A stretch of DNA of 64,000 bases from Macrostomum lignano (taxonomy: Eukaryota): NCBI GenBank assembly GCA_002269645.1, contig NIVC01002737.1, positions 62,001 through 126,000 on the forward strand, in the 5' to 3' direction. Positions 20,125-33,069 of the stretch are shown piece by piece (positions within the stretch are counted from its first letter, which is position 1; each line of letters begins with the position of its first letter). The position numbers and the translations under genes were made by a program. Below the pieces are notes generated by a model that had not been told where the DNA came from, ran no database searches, and worked only from the letters and a program-made list of their open reading frames with translations.

Positions 20125-20384
20125 AGCCTCTTACTAGACCTTGTTGCCAGATTGACTGTTGCCATTTTGACTGTTGCCAGATTGATTAGACACCATTTGT
20201 ATAAAATCAAAAAGAAAAAATCAATAAATCATATTTAAAATTATCAAAAATTAATGTTTATAAAATAGGAAAATTTATAACAAAGCTTTAAATATGTATT
20301 TTACCAATTCTTTTGCAAATATATTATAAATATATAAAGGATAAAAAAGAGCTACATAAAGCTTTATAAAAATATTATAATTTT

Positions 20385-22362
20385 AATATAGCATTTCCCA
20401 GCCAATTTGGTCCTAGAATCACTTAATTTAATCTATAAAAGAGAAACCTAATTCATTCTGCCGTCACTGAAGATATGTCTATGGCCAAATATGCTGTTTT
20501 GTTCCACTCAATGTAATCCTGGAAGCACTAATTTTGCGTATATATTTTAAAAGCTCTTACTTTTACTCTTACTTACCATTGGTATAGAGTCATTGGTGGA
20601 GATGGAACTTTTGAGTTGACTTTGACTGTCAGAAGCGCCAGCTGCTGCTTGATTGTGGCTTTTAAACGGCTGTGAGCAGATTCCACTATGTTAAAAAATG
20701 GCAAGTAGGGTGGAAGCACTACAACCTACCAATTATGCTGGAACATCGCTGGAATTTTAACCCCATTGTAAAATCTGGCCCCATCCATTACAATGTAGAA
20801 CTGCTGCTAGTGATGTACATCCCTATTGGAATAAATGTTGAAAACCCGCGGACGTGCGCTTTAGAATAGAGTCAAATTATTTTCCCACGCTTTAGGATTA
20901 TCAGAGATGTCCTGAAAGAGCAGTTTCCTCGAAATCAAAATTCGTTAACTTTCCAAACTCAAAATTGAAATTTTCCGAAATCAAAACGCAGAAAAACAAA
21001 GTTTAGTATGACCAATACTCACTTTTTACATTCGATTTACTGCTTATGCAAAATGAAATACACGTAGATGTAGCAGAAATTACTGCTTTTTTAGTGATTT
21101 TTTTTGCGATATATTTAGCGATTTTTTAGACGCTTCCAAATTTTGACTTCTAATTTTATTCAAAATTGAAATTTGCTCTTAATAAAAATTCTAATTTTGG
21201 AAAATTCAAATTGAAATTTCGGAACATCTCTAAGCTTTTTAAATTATAAGTGTATAGGCCCCTTCCACAGAGGTATTAGATGACCCCTTTCCATGCATAT
21301 GTATTTGCTAGAGCAGCAGCCAGCAAGAAAAGGCAGCACGCACGCCGCGCAGGCGCTGCGCGCCTGTGCGCGCACCGCGCTTTAGAAAAATTTCAAAAGT
21401 GCGCCAGACGCCGTCCGCAGATTTACAACTTTTTCCTATAGGGATGTACATCATGGTGAGCACTAACATTCGCGTCTTTGCGAGATATCAATTGATGCAG
21501 CCCTGAAACTTTTGAGCAATCATTGTCTCAGCAATAATCTCATGGTGCAGTAGGTCAGGGTGTGGGATATAGCTTGAAAAATGTTCACTTGGATACCACA
21601 TTATGTATGAACAACTTGGCACACTTGTTGACCCCATCAGCTATGGCCTTGACCACGTGGCGTCCATAGATTAAAACTTGTTTCATTGACTTAAATCAAA
21701 TGGCAATCAGCTGGTAGACCTAGCAGCCATTCATCATGCTCACATCTCCTTGCAATGTTTTTGGGGCTGTTCCTGGCTGCTGGCATATCTGTGTCCCTTA
21801 CCAAGCACTTCATTATAAACAATTGCTTGTCAAGCTTCCGAACAATAGTACTTTTGCTAACTTCCATTCCATGAGATTGTTAAAGATCATGTTGCATTTG
21901 ACTCAGCATTAAAAGTAGATTTTCTTCCAACATTTGCAGCAGCCTGTTTGTGTGCATCTCTCCCAGTTATTCATATTGCAAGCCACCTCTGAGAAGAAAA
22001 TCTTGGTGGCCAGTGGTTTCGTATCACCTTATTGAGTATACCATTTAAATTTTCATGTTTAGCCACTGAGAAATCGACAATAAAGTCTCTCCACACTTAA
22101 GAGCTTTCACAATGAGACAGTACCTTTCATTCTTGACTTTTGCATATCAACTTTTCATGACTTTTCATCATTCTTGCATATTAATGGCTTTTAAAATAAT
22201 TACACAAAATTAGTGCCCCTAGGATTAAATTGAATAGAATGAAACAGCATATTTGGCCATAGACATATCTCTAGTGACAGCAGAATGAATTAGAATTCTG
22301 TCTGGCAGATTAAATTGAATGATTCTAGAACCAAATTGACTGGGAAATACTATAATTTATAT
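20385..22362. mobile_element. ~2 kb TIR element with decayed internal sequence and a nested MITE (20812-21452)
   Basis: About 120-bp inverted ends (20390-20510 versus 22242-22355). The inner element has TIR GATGTACATCCCTAT. Confidence 0.65.
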
Positions 22363-23878
22363 AAACATTTGTGTCAATGCTAGAGTAAGTTAGAGCTAGG
22401 AGATTTCAAACTCACTGCTAGCATAGCTTGTACATTCATATACTAGTGTATTTTGTCTAGTATACTTGGTGCACAATTGAAAATATTTTTCAGTAACTTC
22501 TAGTGTATACATTATATGATCTTGACTATAGATGCACAAGTATATGTGCATATGTGTATTCCCTCTAGGAAAAATTTTATGAGGCAATGCTAAGTTAGTA
22601 GTTAGCAATTACTAACTTTGCAGCAGCAGCTAACCAACAAGTAGAAAGTTTTGGTTTCATGTCTAAGCTGCTAAATAATAACTATTAGTTAATAGTAAGG
22701 TTGTGCCACCAAAACATCTATGTGATAAGAATGTAGGCTCTCTCAAGGCAAGTAGGAAAATACTGAATATTAAGCAGCTTTTTGTGGCTTTGAATTAAAA
22801 TGGCCTCCATTAAACACAAGAAACTTTTCTGTCCCTAATGGGAGCTCACAAGTCAATGTTTGCAAGTTTTTCTGATGTTTCTAAGGCAAAGAGTAAGAAA
22901 AGAAAGGTGTGAGAGAAGATTAGATTTGCTATGGAGTCGAATGGACTGAGCAATTCAGTGTTTGCTCATGGGAAATCAGGTTTCTACTTCTCAGGGCATT
23001 GTATTCCAACTGTAGGCCAATACAATCTACTAGAAAATTAAATGTTTCTGGGTTCATTTAGAAGTATTGCTTAAAGTCATTACTAGCATTATAATTTATG
23101 TGGTCTTTGAACTCTCTTGGTCAACAATTTTCAACCAGGATATCAGCTTATTGAAGCTTGTCAAATAGTGGAATCTCCATTCTTAGCCACCTCTTGAGGA
23201 TACTAAACTTTATCAGTTAAACTTGTTGTCCTTTTAGGCTTTAGCTGAACTGCTAAGGTCATGAAACTGCAAACTAGTGGTCTGCTAAAAACCTTTTGAC
23301 CATAGACATTGCTCAGAAACCCCTTATCCAACTAATATGCTTATGAAGCCAAAAGTTAGTGTAGTAGACTGATAAAAATTAGAATGCAACTACTAGACTC
23401 AAGAAACCAAAGGATGACTGCAAACTATATATAATTAAAATGTTTTGAGGCAAATTGATCCCTAATTTCTTCCTAGACAATGGCTATAAAATCTGATGGT
23501 TACACTATTATAATGCTAGAACTATTTTGTTTCCCTGAAAAATACAATTTAACAAAGTATTAATAATGGTTATACTTTAAATTTGTTTTGGAATTTCCAA
23601 AAAGTACTATATTACTCGTAATATTTTACCAATTACAAAAGAACAATTAACTTTTTATTGCTCCAAGCATGCATAAAGGATAATATATAAATACTCATTT
23701 CTTTGTTTAAAAAATATTTGAGCTCCAAAAATAAGAAAAGCACTACTACTACTACTACCAGCACTACTGCTCTCATTTCATTCGGTCTCGCTTGGCAAGA
23801 GCAGCTGTCTAACCAGTCTGTGAAGCAGAAAAAAACAAAAGTCCAGCTAGCATATTTTCAATTGTACTTTATTACACA

Positions 23879-26800
23879 ATGGCCTGCGACCTGCTAATGC
23901 CATCATCGCAAGGCGGAGCCAACAATCCAGCCTTCTCGCCGCTGACCCTGTTCGAGTGCACCATCACCAACGCACAGATGCTCATCGACTCCATGGCCGA
24001 CCGGGACCTGATGCAGGCCCTGAAGATCGCCGGCGGCCTCCACACCCACATTGTCGGCGTCATCGAGCCGCGCTACGATCGCGTCTGTCAGCGTAGCGAC
24101 GAGCACGAAGCCTGCTGCCAGGCGGCTGCCGCGGCTGCAACATCAGCAACGCTGACTCCTTCCAAGTCAGCTGGCGCCGCCAACTCGGCCAGTTTCGGAG
24201 CCAATGGCAGCGGCGCCGATTTGAAATCTGCCGTAGCTGCCGCCGCCGCCGCGGCCGGCCTGAAGTCCGAGTCTACCGGCTCTGTGGCAGCTGGCGGCGT
24301 CAAGTCCGAGCTGCTGGACCCCGACGCGTTCCCCGAGGAAGACGAAGAGGACTGTCTGATCCTGGAGGAGGACTGCTCCTTCCCCGCCGCTGCTGCCGCA
24401 ATGTCGCCGTCGGCCTCCAGCTCCGCCAGCCGAAAGCGCCACCGCCCGTTGTCGCCCTCGTCAAGTCTGCAGATGCCGGGCGGAGCCAGCGCGGGTTTTC
24501 CTGGCAGCGCCCAGCAACTGGCCGAGTGCAAAAATGCGCTCAGGATGGCCTATAAAAATATTAAAGGCAACGGGCCGCACCTGTTTGACTTTGCGCTGTC
24601 GTGAGTTGCTCTGCAATTCTTGCATCCCTTGTAGAGGGATTCGGTGGGGTATGCGCGGTTGAGGGATTCAGTGGGGTATGAGCGTGTGAGGGATTCAGTG
24701 GGGTATGAGCGTGTGAGGGATTCAGTGGGGTATGAGCGGGTGAGGGATTCAGTGGGGTATGAGCGTGTGAGGGATTCAGTGGGGTATGAGCGTGTGAGGG
24801 ATTCAGTGGGGTATGAGCGTGTGAGGGATTCAGTGGGGTATGAGCGTGTGAGGGATTCAGTGGGGTATGAGCGGGTGAGGGATTCAGTGGGGTTGGGTAT
24901 GAGCGGGTGAGGGATTCAGTGGCGTATAAGCGTGTGAGGGATTCAGTGGGGTATGAGCGTGTGAGGGATTCAGTGGGGTATGAGCGGGTGAGGGATTCAG
25001 TGGGGTATGAGCGTGTGAGGGATTCAGTGGGGTATGAGCGTGTGAGGGATTCAGTGGGGTATGAGCGTGTGAGGGATTCAGTGGGGTATGAGCGTGTGAG
25101 GGATTCAGTGGGGTATGAGCGTGTGAGGGATTCAGTGGGGTATGAGCGGGTGAGGGATTCAGTGGGGTATGAGCGTGTGAGGGATTCAGTGGGGTATGAG
25201 CGTGTGAGGGATTCAGTGGGGTATGAGCGGGTGAGGGATTCAGTGGGGTATGAGCGTGTGAGGGATTCAGTGGGGTATGAGCGGGTGAGGGATTCAGTGG
25301 GGTATGAGCGTGTGAGGGATTCAGTGGGGTATGAGCGTGTGAGGGATTCAGTGGGGTATGAGCGGGTGAGGGATTCAGTGGGGTATGAGCGTGTGAGGGA
25401 TTCAGTGGGGTATGAGCGGGTGAGGGATTCAGTGGGGTTGGGTATGAGCGGGTGAGGGATTCAGTGGCGTATAAGCGTGTGAGGGATTCAGTGGGGTATG
25501 AGCGTGTGAGGGATTCAGTGGGGTATGAGCGTGTGAGGGATTCAGTGGGGTATGAGCGGGTGAGGGATTCAGTGGGGTTGGGTATGAGCGGGTGAGGGAT
25601 TCAGTGGCGTATAAGCGTGTGAGGGATTCAGTGGGGTATGAGCGTGTGAGGGATTCAGTGGGGTATGAGCGTGTGAGGGATTCAGTGGGGTATGAGCGTG
25701 TGAGGGATTCAGTGGGGTATGAGCGTGTGAGGGATTCAGTGGGGTATGAGCGTGTGAGGGATTCAGTGGGGTATGAGCGGGTGAGGGATTCAGTGGGGTA
25801 TGAGCGGGTGAGGGATTCAGTGGGGTATGAGCGGGTGAGGGATTCAGTGGGGTATGAGCGTGTGAGGGATTCAGTGGGGTATGAGCGTGTGAGGGATTCA
25901 GTGGGGTATGAGCGGGTGAGGGATTCAGTGGGGTTGGGTATGAGCGGGTGAGGGATTCAGTGGCGTATAAGCGTGTGAGGGATTCAGTGGGGTATGAGCG
26001 TGTGAGGGATTCAGTGGGGTATGAGCGTGTGAGGGATTCAGTGGGGTATGAGCGTGTGAGGGATTCAGTGGGGTATGAGCGGGTGAGGGATTCAGTTGGG
26101 TTGGGTATGAGCGGGTGAAGGATTCAGTGGCGTATAAGCGGGTGAGGGATTCAGTGGGGTTGGGTATGAGCGGGTGAAGGATTCAGTGGCGTATAAGCGG
26201 GTGAGGGATTCAGTGGGGTATGAGCGTGTGAGGGATTCAGTGGGGTATGAGCGTGTGAGGGATTCAGTGGGGTATGAGCGTGTGAGGGATTCAGTGGGGT
26301 ATGAGCGGGTGAGGGATTCAGTGGGGTTGGGTATGAGCGGGTGAGGGATTCAGTGGCGTATAAGCGTGTGAGGGATTCAGTGGGGTATGAGCGTGTGAGG
26401 GATTCAGTGGGGTATGAGCGTGTGAGGGATTCAGTGGGGTATGAGCGTGTGAGGGATTCAGTGGGGTATGAGCGGGTGAGGGATTCAGTGGGGTTGGGTA
26501 TGAGCGGGTGAAGGATTCAGTGGCGTATAAGCGGGTGAGGGATTCAGTGGGGTTGGGTATGAGCGGGTGAAGGATTCAGTGGCGTATAAGCGGGTGAGGG
26601 ATTCAGTGGGGTATGAGCGGGTGAGGGATTCGGTGGGGTATGAGCGGCACAGTGAGGGATCCATTGGGGTCTGAGCAGCACAATGAGGGATTCAGTGGGA
26701 TATGAGCAGCACAGTGAAGGATTCAGTGGGGTATGAGCAGCACAATGAGGGATTCAGTGGGGTATGAGCAACACAGTGAGGGATTCAGGGGTCTGAGCAG

Positions 26801-29800
26801 CACAGTGAGGGATTCAGTGGGGTATGAGCAACACAGTGAGGGATTCAGGGGTCTGAGCAGCACAGTGAGGGATTCAGTGGGGTATGAGCAACACAGTGAG
26901 GGATTCAGGGGTATGAGCAGCACAGTGAGGGATTCAGTGGGGTATGAGCAGCACAGTGAGGAATTCAGTGGGGTATGAGCAGCACAGTGAGGGATTCAGT
27001 GGGGTATGAGCAGCACAGTGAGGGATTCAGTGGGGTATGAGCAGCACAGTGAGGGATTCAGTGGGGTATGAGCAGCACAGTGAGGGATTCAGTGGGGTAT
27101 GAGCAGCACAGTGAGGGATTCAGTGGAGTATGAGCAGCACAGTGAGGGATTCAGTGGGGTATGAGCAGCACAGTGAGGGATTCAGTGGGGTATGAGCAGC
27201 ACAGTGAGGGATTCAGTGGAGTATGAGCAGCACAGTGAGGGATTCAGTGGGGTGGTGAGGCAGTGCAAGAACCCAACCAATCGCATTACATTTCATTACA
27301 ATTTCACCAACCAATCGCAACGCCGCCGCAGCTTCCACGACCCGTCCAATCAGAGAGTGTCCGAGCAGATTATCGCTGCGGCCCGCCAGCAGCTGAGCCA
27401 CCTGCGCCTGCCTAACGATGTCTGGTGGAGTGAGTTGGTTATTTAATAATTTAAACAAATGCATAAGTGACTACTCGCAACCAGTTAAAGTAATAGCATT
27501 AGCAAATGTATTAAGTGAATATTGATGTCGGCCCTCTCCTTGCATTTGGTGACTTCGCACCGTGATCCAGTTTGATTGCCAGCTACAATAAGAGTTTTCA
27601 TATCTTACCTGAGTATGGCTAGTAGCTCGTTCGTTTCCCATGGGACGGCAGCGCAACTGTCCCGTCATTAATTGATTCCGCCTCTATGAATTCATAATTA
27701 ACTAATTATCTATGCTCTTCTTAACTGTTAGCAGTACAGTATGCATTTCAGTTTGTTGATTTTGCTTCCCACTATCTGAGGTGCAGGTTTTATTGGTTAT
27801 TTAAACCGACTGCAGGGTCGCGTGCTGATTATTGATACAAGCTGTGCAATTAGTTGTACTTTTATTGCTGATCAGCTGCGTGCTGCCGTTCAACTGAAAC
27901 TTTGTTTAGGCCAAGCCGGCAACCTGTGTAAGCGAATCAAAATCGAGCTGAACAATAACAAGCGGCGCAATCGGCAGTTTCGCTGCAGGCAGAAGGTTGT
28001 TCTCCAACTGATTATTCTATTGGCTACCTAGCTAGCGAATCCCTACCAGCTGCAATGCTGAGCAGCCAGCCTCCCACATCCCCTAATGAGCCAGCCTCCC
28101 ACATCCTTAATGAGCCAGTCTACCTCACCCCTAATGAGCAGCCATCCTCCCACATCCCTAATGAACCAGTCTCCCACATCCCCTAATGAGCCAGTCTCCC
28201 TCACCCCCTAATAAGCAGCCAGCCTACCATATCCCCTAATGAGCCAGCCTCCCACATCCCTTAATGAGCAGCCAGCCTCCAACACCCCATAATGAGCAGC
28301 CAGCCTCCCACACTCCCTAATGATCCAGCCTCTCACATCCCTTAATGAGCAGCCAGCCTCCCACACTCCCTAATGATCCAGCCTCCCACACCCCCTAATG
28401 AGCAGCCAGCCTCCCACACCCCTAATGATCCAGCCTCCCACACCCCCTAATGAGCAGCCAGCCTCCCACACCCCCTAATGATCCAGCCTCCCACATCCCT
28501 TAATGAGCAGCCAGCCTCCCACACTCCCTAATGAGCCAGCCTCCCACACCCCCTAATGAGCAGCCAGCCTCCCACACCCCCTAATGATCCAGCCTCCCAC
28601 ACCCCCTAATGAGCAGCCAGCCTCCCACACCCCCTAATGATCCAGCCTCCCACACCCCCTAATGAGCAGCCAGCCTCCCACACCCCCTAATGATCCAGCC
28701 TCCCACATCCCTTAATGAGCAGCCAGCCTCCCACACTCCCTAATGAGCCAGCCTCCCACACCCCCTAATGAGCAGCCAGCCTCCCACACCCCCTAATGAT
28801 CCAGCCTCCCACACCCCCTAATGAGCAGCCAGCCTCCCACACCCCCTAATGAGCAGCCAGCCTCCCACACCCCCTAATGAGCAGCCAGCCTCCCACACCC
28901 CCTAATGAGCAGCCAGCCTCCCACACCCCCTAATGAGCAGCCAGCCTCCCACACCCCTAATGAGCAGCCAGCCTCCCACACCCCTAATGAGCAGTCAGCC
29001 TCCCACACCCCCTAATGAGCAGCTAGCCTCCCACACTCCATAATGAGCCAGCCTCCCACACCCCCTAATGAGCAGCCAGCCTCCCACATCCCCTAATGAG
29101 CAGCCATTGAGTCTTGTCTTCTTAGCTTAGTTTATTGTGGCAGTGATAACAATCGGGGAAAGTTCTCAATGCCCTTATGAAGTGAAGCGGATCAAACTGC
29201 GGTGAAGCGGTGAAGTCTCGGGCAGTTGCTTGCTCAGCTCCGACAGTCATACCGCAGAGCCAATCAAATGCGTTTTTTAGAATCGCTCAACAGCAGCGGC
29301 GTGTTCGGTCAAGCGAGGCACAATTACTTAGCCAAATTTCGAATGCTTAAAATTAAACGGAAAAGCAACGTAGGTTTATTTGAGACTGTGTGCTCACTGA
29401 GCTGCGTGTGTCTGCGAACTCTGCTAGGTCATGGTTATAACTAGGGGGACAGGCAAATAAACTGACTTGCTGTGCCAGCGCTGTTAACCTGTAACCAAGT
29501 GTTAACCCGTAAACATAGAAAGGCATGCCACTCGCCTTGCAGACAATAAAGCTGCTCGAGCATTTTATGCCGAGGAGAAAAATCGCGTGCTCACTCGAGT
29601 CCGAATGCGCCGCGTTGCCGGGCAGAAGTCTGTAAGGAGTCGCATCTGCCTTCCCTTCCCATCTTGTTTTTCTGAGTTGCAGTTTTGTCGCTTCTAATAG
29701 TTGCTTGATCAGCTGTTGCCACGGGCGTCTGGAGTTCCCGCTGGACTGGACTGGGGCGAGCATGGGGGGGGGGGGTTAGTCAAATTGGGTATATATTCAA

Positions 29801-32800
29801 AAGGTATTCATGACGACACTCAAAGATCCCAGTGTCCAGTCCAGATAAGCTCCAGTGGTCCCTGGCCCATTCGCCCATTGTTCATCATGTTAATCGTTGT
29901 TATACGCTTTTATAAAAATTCGTAGCGATTCGGTGGCAAAGAGTTGGCCCATATCGACTAGAGTGCAGCTAGGCAGTATCTATGCAATAATAGCACACTG
30001 GATTGGACCGCTTACTGACCTTATTGCAGAGCACTGCTTCCCCAGCTTGTACGATGAGTTAACCAAATATGACAAGCATAGGGAGCGAATGAAGCACAGA
30101 ATGCGAGCTCGCAGGCTTATGAACAGCGTACGTATTATAAATAACTATAACTATTTGGCAGTGCAAGCCTGCTTGTTTCATAAATCACTGCCTAATCGCG
30201 CATCAAACGCAAGGTCCGCGGCTAACACTTCCCATGGTTTCTTAGCGCAATCTTAATCCTCTTTGGGGTTGGGGATTTCTTTTTAAACTGTTTCAGGCCT
30301 GTCCAGTGCTGCGTTTGCTGATCTGCAGCACAGCATATTGGAGAAGCGGCACTATACTAAGCATTCTGTGCGGAAATTCCGCAGCAAACTCAAGGTAAAC
30401 ACTGCCCTGGTCCGGATTGGGTCTTTGATATTAGCTTTTGCTTCTGCAGTCCTGTGTGTTCACCGTGTGTTCCGTGTTTGTTCTGGGCTATTAAAAGAGC
30501 AAGCTTTAATAGCCAAGATCTGGTCTGACAGTCGAATCCCACTGTCAAGTCCCAATCCCATAGTCAGAAGTCCCAATCCCGCAGTCAGAAGTCCCAATCC
30601 CATAGTCAGAAGTCCCAATCCCGCAGTCAGAAGTCCCAATCCCATAGTCAGAAGTCCCAATCCCGCAGTCAGAAGTCCCAATCCCATAGTCAGAAGTCCT
30701 AATCCCGCAGTCAGAAGTCCCAATCCCATAGTCAGAAGTCCCAATCCCGCAGTCAGAAGTCCCAATCCCATAGTCAGAAGTCCCAATCCCGCAGTCAGAA
30801 GTCCCAATCCCGCAGTCAGAAGTCCCAATCCCGCAGTCAGAAGTCCCAATCCCATAGTCAGAAGTCCCAATCCCGCAGTCAGAAGTCCCAATCCCATAGT
30901 CAGAAGTCCCAAATCCAATGTCAAGTCCCAATCCCATAGTCAGAAGTCCGAATCCCGCAGTCAGAAGTCCCAATCCCACAGTCAAAAGTCCCAATCTCAC
31001 AGTGGGAAGTCACAATCTCACAGTCAGAAGTCACAATCTCACAGTCGTAAGTCACAATCCCACTGTCAGAAGTCCCAATCTCACAATCAGAAGTCCCAAT
31101 CCCACAGTCAAATCCCAAGCCCATAGTCAGAAGTCACAATCCCATAGTCAGAAGTCACAATCCCATAGTCAGAAGTCACAATCCCACAGTCAGAAGTCAC
31201 AATCACACAGTCGGAAATCAATCCCGCAGTCAGAAGTCCCAATCTCACAGTCAGAAGTCACAATCCCATAGTCAGAAGTCACAATCCCATAGTCAGAAGT
31301 CACAATCCCACAGTCAGAAGTCACAATCACGCAGTCGGAAATCACAATCCCGCAGTCAGAAGTCCCAATCACACAGTCGGAAATCACAATCCCGCAGTCA
31401 GAAGTCCCAATCACACAGTCGGAAATCACAATCCCGCAGTCAGAAGTCCCAATCACACAGTCGGAAATCACAATCCCGCAGTCAGAAGTCCCAATCACAC
31501 AGTCGGAAATCACAATCCCGCAGTCAGAAGTCCCAATCGCACAGTCGGAAATCACAATCCCGCAGTCAGAAGTCCCAATCACACAGTCGGAAATCACAAT
31601 CCCGCAGTCAGAAGTCCCAATCACACAGTCGGAAATCACAATCCCGCAGTCAGAAGTCCCAATCGCACAGTCGGAAATCACAATCCCGCAGTCAAAAGTC
31701 CTAGCCCTACTAATTTCAAGTTAATCTCTACTGACTAATCCCTATTAAATTTATTCTGATAAATTAATAGGTTGCATGCCTGTTGGAGGTGCATAGCAAC
31801 CCGGTACGATGGTAACAAATTTCACGCAGCATCAAAAGCAAGGCCCGGCCGCCCCAGTTTAGCCAGCTCCGTTAGAGATTGAATCCAGTGTTTCAGGACC
31901 GCCCGGCAGTAACACCTGCGCCGTGCGCTGCATTGCAGGCTGCGCTGAGGAATTGTGGCTGCTATTGAAGAAAGCTGTGGCGCACAAGCGCGAAAGAGAC
32001 GTCTTCTATCAGCGCAAGGGGCGCCTGAAAAATAAAGTAAAACCATGCAATCTATGCTCATTTGCTTACTTTTTCCACCGGGTTTTATCCTTTGTTGTAA
32101 ATTAACCAATTGGGTCGGTAAGACGCATATAGGCTTTTAGGAAGTAGGTGCTAATCAGGGACTTTTCTGCTCTCATTTATACGACTGACATGATGCCTCA
32201 TCTTTAACATTGATTGGGCTGCGTGATATTACACCTCGCTGCCTCCCGCTCTCCGTCTCCCCTTTCCAACCTCCATCTCCCCCTCCCAGCCTCCCTCTCT
32301 ACCCCCTCCCAGCCTCTCTACCCCCTCCCAACCTCTCTCTCTACCCCCTCCCAGCCTCTCTCTCTACCCCCTCCCAGCCTCCCTCTCTACCCCCTCCCAG
32401 CCTCCCTCTATCTCCCGCTCCCAACCTCCATCTCTACCCCCCTCCGAACCTCCCTCTCCATCTCCCTCTCCCGACCTACCTCTCCATCTCCCTCTCCGTG
32501 TCCCACACGCCACATACAGCTCCTGTTTTCTGACCCATCAGAAACTGGCCAGACGGCAGAAGAGCTTCGAACTGCTAGCAACCAGTTTATCCACCGACAA
32601 GTTCGACAAGTACCGCATCATTTTGTCCCGGGACTACACTTCGTCTGACGAGGAAGCCGATGTTGGCAGCGGCGGTGCCAGCGCGAGCGGCGATGACGGA
32701 GGAGGCGGCGGAGGCGTCCTTCGAGTCCGCGAGCTGCCCTGGGAATCTGCGGAGCTGCGCGAGATGAAGCAGCAGCTGGACTCTATCTATCTGGAGAATT

Positions 32801-32919
32801 GCGCAACTCAGAAGCAGGCGCAGCAGTTGCGCAGCACAGTGCGCGACTCCGGCTGCGTCAGCGGCAGGACTCCACCTGCCAACTGCCCGTCCTGGGCGCT
32901 GTCTAATGAGTACCGCTAA
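23879..32919 (+). CDS. Paralog A: C14orf93/RTFC-like-domain protein with a mutually exclusive exon cluster, 427-431 aa
   Basis: Constitutive exons 23879-24600 (phase 2, GTGAGT), 27332-27429 (phase 1, GTGAGT) and 32542-32919, plus one cassette from 27910-32036. Each constitutive exon aligns to paralog B. The C-terminal motif YTSSDEE..LRVRELPWES..L..LD..P.WAL resembles the C14orf93-like family (from memory, not a search). Confidence 0.82.
24632..27252. repeat. G-rich 27-bp minisatellite grading into a 31-bp variant (paralog A intron 1)
   Basis: Unit GAGGGATTCAGTGGGGTATGAGCGTGT, then ...GAGCAGCACAGT from ~26640. Confidence 0.95.
27524..27551 (+). promoter_or_regulatory. Candidate RNA docking site for the paralog A cluster
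   Basis: GATGTCGGCCCTCTCCTTGCATTTGGTG pairs with CATCAAACGCAAGG (30201-30214) and CATCAAAAGCAAGG (31830-31843) at 13 of 14 positions. Weaker partners lie at 27811, 29191 and 29936. Each is ~90-110 nt upstream of a cassette acceptor. Confidence 0.55.
28060..29105. repeat. 28/32-bp C-rich minisatellite between cassettes A1 and A2
   Basis: Unit (CAG)CCAGCCTCCCACACCCCCTAATGAG. Confidence 0.92.
30545..31700. repeat. 21-bp minisatellite with 42-bp higher-order units between cassettes A5 and A6
   Basis: Unit CAGTCAGAAGTCCCAATCCCG and alternating variants. Confidence 0.92.
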
Positions 32920-33069
32920 TGCTTGCCAGACTGATTAGGTGGCGAGCTGGTTGACTATTCGCGAACTATAGGGTTACTCGCGCCGTTTACCCAACTAACT
33001 GTGACGAATTTAGGGCCAACCATTCTTTACTGCAATTGTTTCTGACACCCAGTTTTGTTCGTGTTCTCT

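Larger units (their letters stand above)
27910..32036 (+). other. Paralog A alternative exon cluster (6 cassettes, phase 1->0)
   Basis: 27910-27995 SQAGNLCKRIKIELNNNKRRNRQFRCRQK; 29281-29369 KSLNSSGVFGQARHNYLAKFRMLKIKRKSN; 29543-29631 NNKAARAFYAEEKNRVLTRVRMRRVAGQKS; 30030-30127 KHCFPSLYDELTKYDKHRERMKHRMRARRLMNS; 30297-30394 SLSSAAFADLQHSILEKRHYTKHSVRKFRSKLK; 31939-32036 SCAEELWLLLKKAVAHKRERDVFYQRKGRLKNK. All have AG/GT ends, length 3n+2 (86-98 nt), no stops and a K/R-rich second half. Confidence 0.75.

Noticed and set aside
30450-30545. Extra A cassette after TTCTGCAG (ILCVHRVFRVC...)
   Set aside because: No suitable phase-0 GT donor, and it is not K/R rich.
32208-32223. Downstream dock for cluster A pairing with 29253-29270
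   Set aside because: Only one or two short partners were found, not one per cassette, so it could be chance.
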